Source of the DNA: Bdellovibrionales bacterium
GTDB lineage: Bacteria > Bdellovibrionota > Bdellovibrionia > Bdellovibrionales > UBA1609
Length of the DNA stretch: 41,856 bases
Direction of reading: 5' to 3'
Assembly: GCA_027317865.1 (NCBI GenBank)
Contig: DAHVQG010000018.1
Span: 1 to 41,856 of the forward strand
Part shown: positions 41,415 to 41,856 of the stretch, in pieces
How positions within the stretch are numbered: the stretch's first letter is position 1
Layout: the number at the start of each line of letters is the position of its first letter
Translations under genes and position numbers: made by a program
Notes under the pieces: model-generated
The model's input: the letters and a program-made list of their open reading frames with translations, nothing else
What the model was told of the DNA's origin: nothing
Database searches by the model: none

Positions 41415-41856
41415 TGTTAATCTCCAGGTAAAGTGACCGGTTTGTTTTCCAGCGACTTTGACCGCTTATCGGTGCTATGCCGCTATTTTTTGAGCCTTCT
41501 TTATTTTTACCAGTTTTAGTTTTCGATTGGCAAAGAAGGCATGCCAGTTGCCCCATTTATCGTAGCGAAGTTCAAGTTTTTGTTTTGCGATCGACTCGCG
41601 TATCGGATCGGCAATCATCCACTTCTCACCACCTATGCTCACGGTGTGGTCTCTACCGACAACACGATATTCTTTTACACAAAATATTTTTTCAAGATCC
41701 ATTTCCGATGGTAGCGCGCGATAGCCAGTAACAGGGTTTTGCGCAAGCACCATAGTTTTTGGGTTATGTATTTGTGGCAAATAAACCTCAGCTAGATACC
41801 GATTGGCGTCCTCAATCGTGCCGATCCCATTGAGTCTAAGTTCGGCGACAAGCCGA
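41415..41856 (-). mobile_element. Downstream end of an IS1202/ISNCY-like insertion sequence (truncated by the window)
   Basis: Terminal TGT at 41415 followed by two TCCAG-N6-TGACCG repeats (41423, 41448), then the transposase stop. Confidence 0.72.
41475..41856 (-). CDS. DDE transposase C-terminal part, IS1202/ISNCY-like
   Basis: Frame open to the window edge: RLVAELRLNGIGTIEDANRYL...YRALP...DLEKIFCVKEYRVVGRDHTVS, matching the RL..ELRL.GI.TIE.AN..L pattern of these transposases. Confidence 0.8.
   Translation of the reverse strand, partial: RLVAELRLNGIGTIEDANRYLAEVYLPQIHNPKTMVLAQNPVTGYRALPSEMDLEKIFCVKEYRVVGRDHTVSIGGEKWMIADPIRESIAKQKLELRYDKWGNWHAFFANRKLKLVKIKKAQKIAA

Noticed and set aside
41410-41556. 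N-terminal extension of the 547-aa ORF (MGQLACLLC...)
   Set aside because: It runs through the IS end and overlaps the transposase; the first conserved motif starts after Met at 41409

Overview
A 41.9 kb bacterial chromosome segment, most likely from a Bdellovibrionota (Bdellovibrio-like) organism. The right two-thirds is core genome, mostly on the minus strand: metallophosphoesterase, bacterial histone (Bd0055/HBb-like), ligA, gatCAB, ppx, DUF192, LysM lipoprotein, PilZ, rho, prfA, prmC, murA, GYF-TPR protein, serS, four tRNAs, sugar transferase/CapD and gmhA. The left ~15 kb is accessory: an EmrAB-type efflux pair, orphan lipoproteins, DedA, an MFS transporter, a chalcone-isomerase-like protein and the start of a nucleotide-sugar cluster (methyltransferase, RfbF-like, Uxs-like, Ugd-like). 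The window ends inside an IS1202/ISNCY-like element whose probable terminus lies 5 bp from a host start codon. Most notable: a 64-aa histone-fold gene; a DnaA-box cluster plus AT-rich palindrome between rho and prfA; an exactly repeated 13-bp motif in two divergent promoter regions, near sigma54/sigma28-like promoters; a doubly anchored LysM protein; a Rho with a Q/N/R-rich N-terminal extension; and a possible CDP-uronate/pentose pathway. All calls come from reading the sequence and remembered family motifs; no searches were run.
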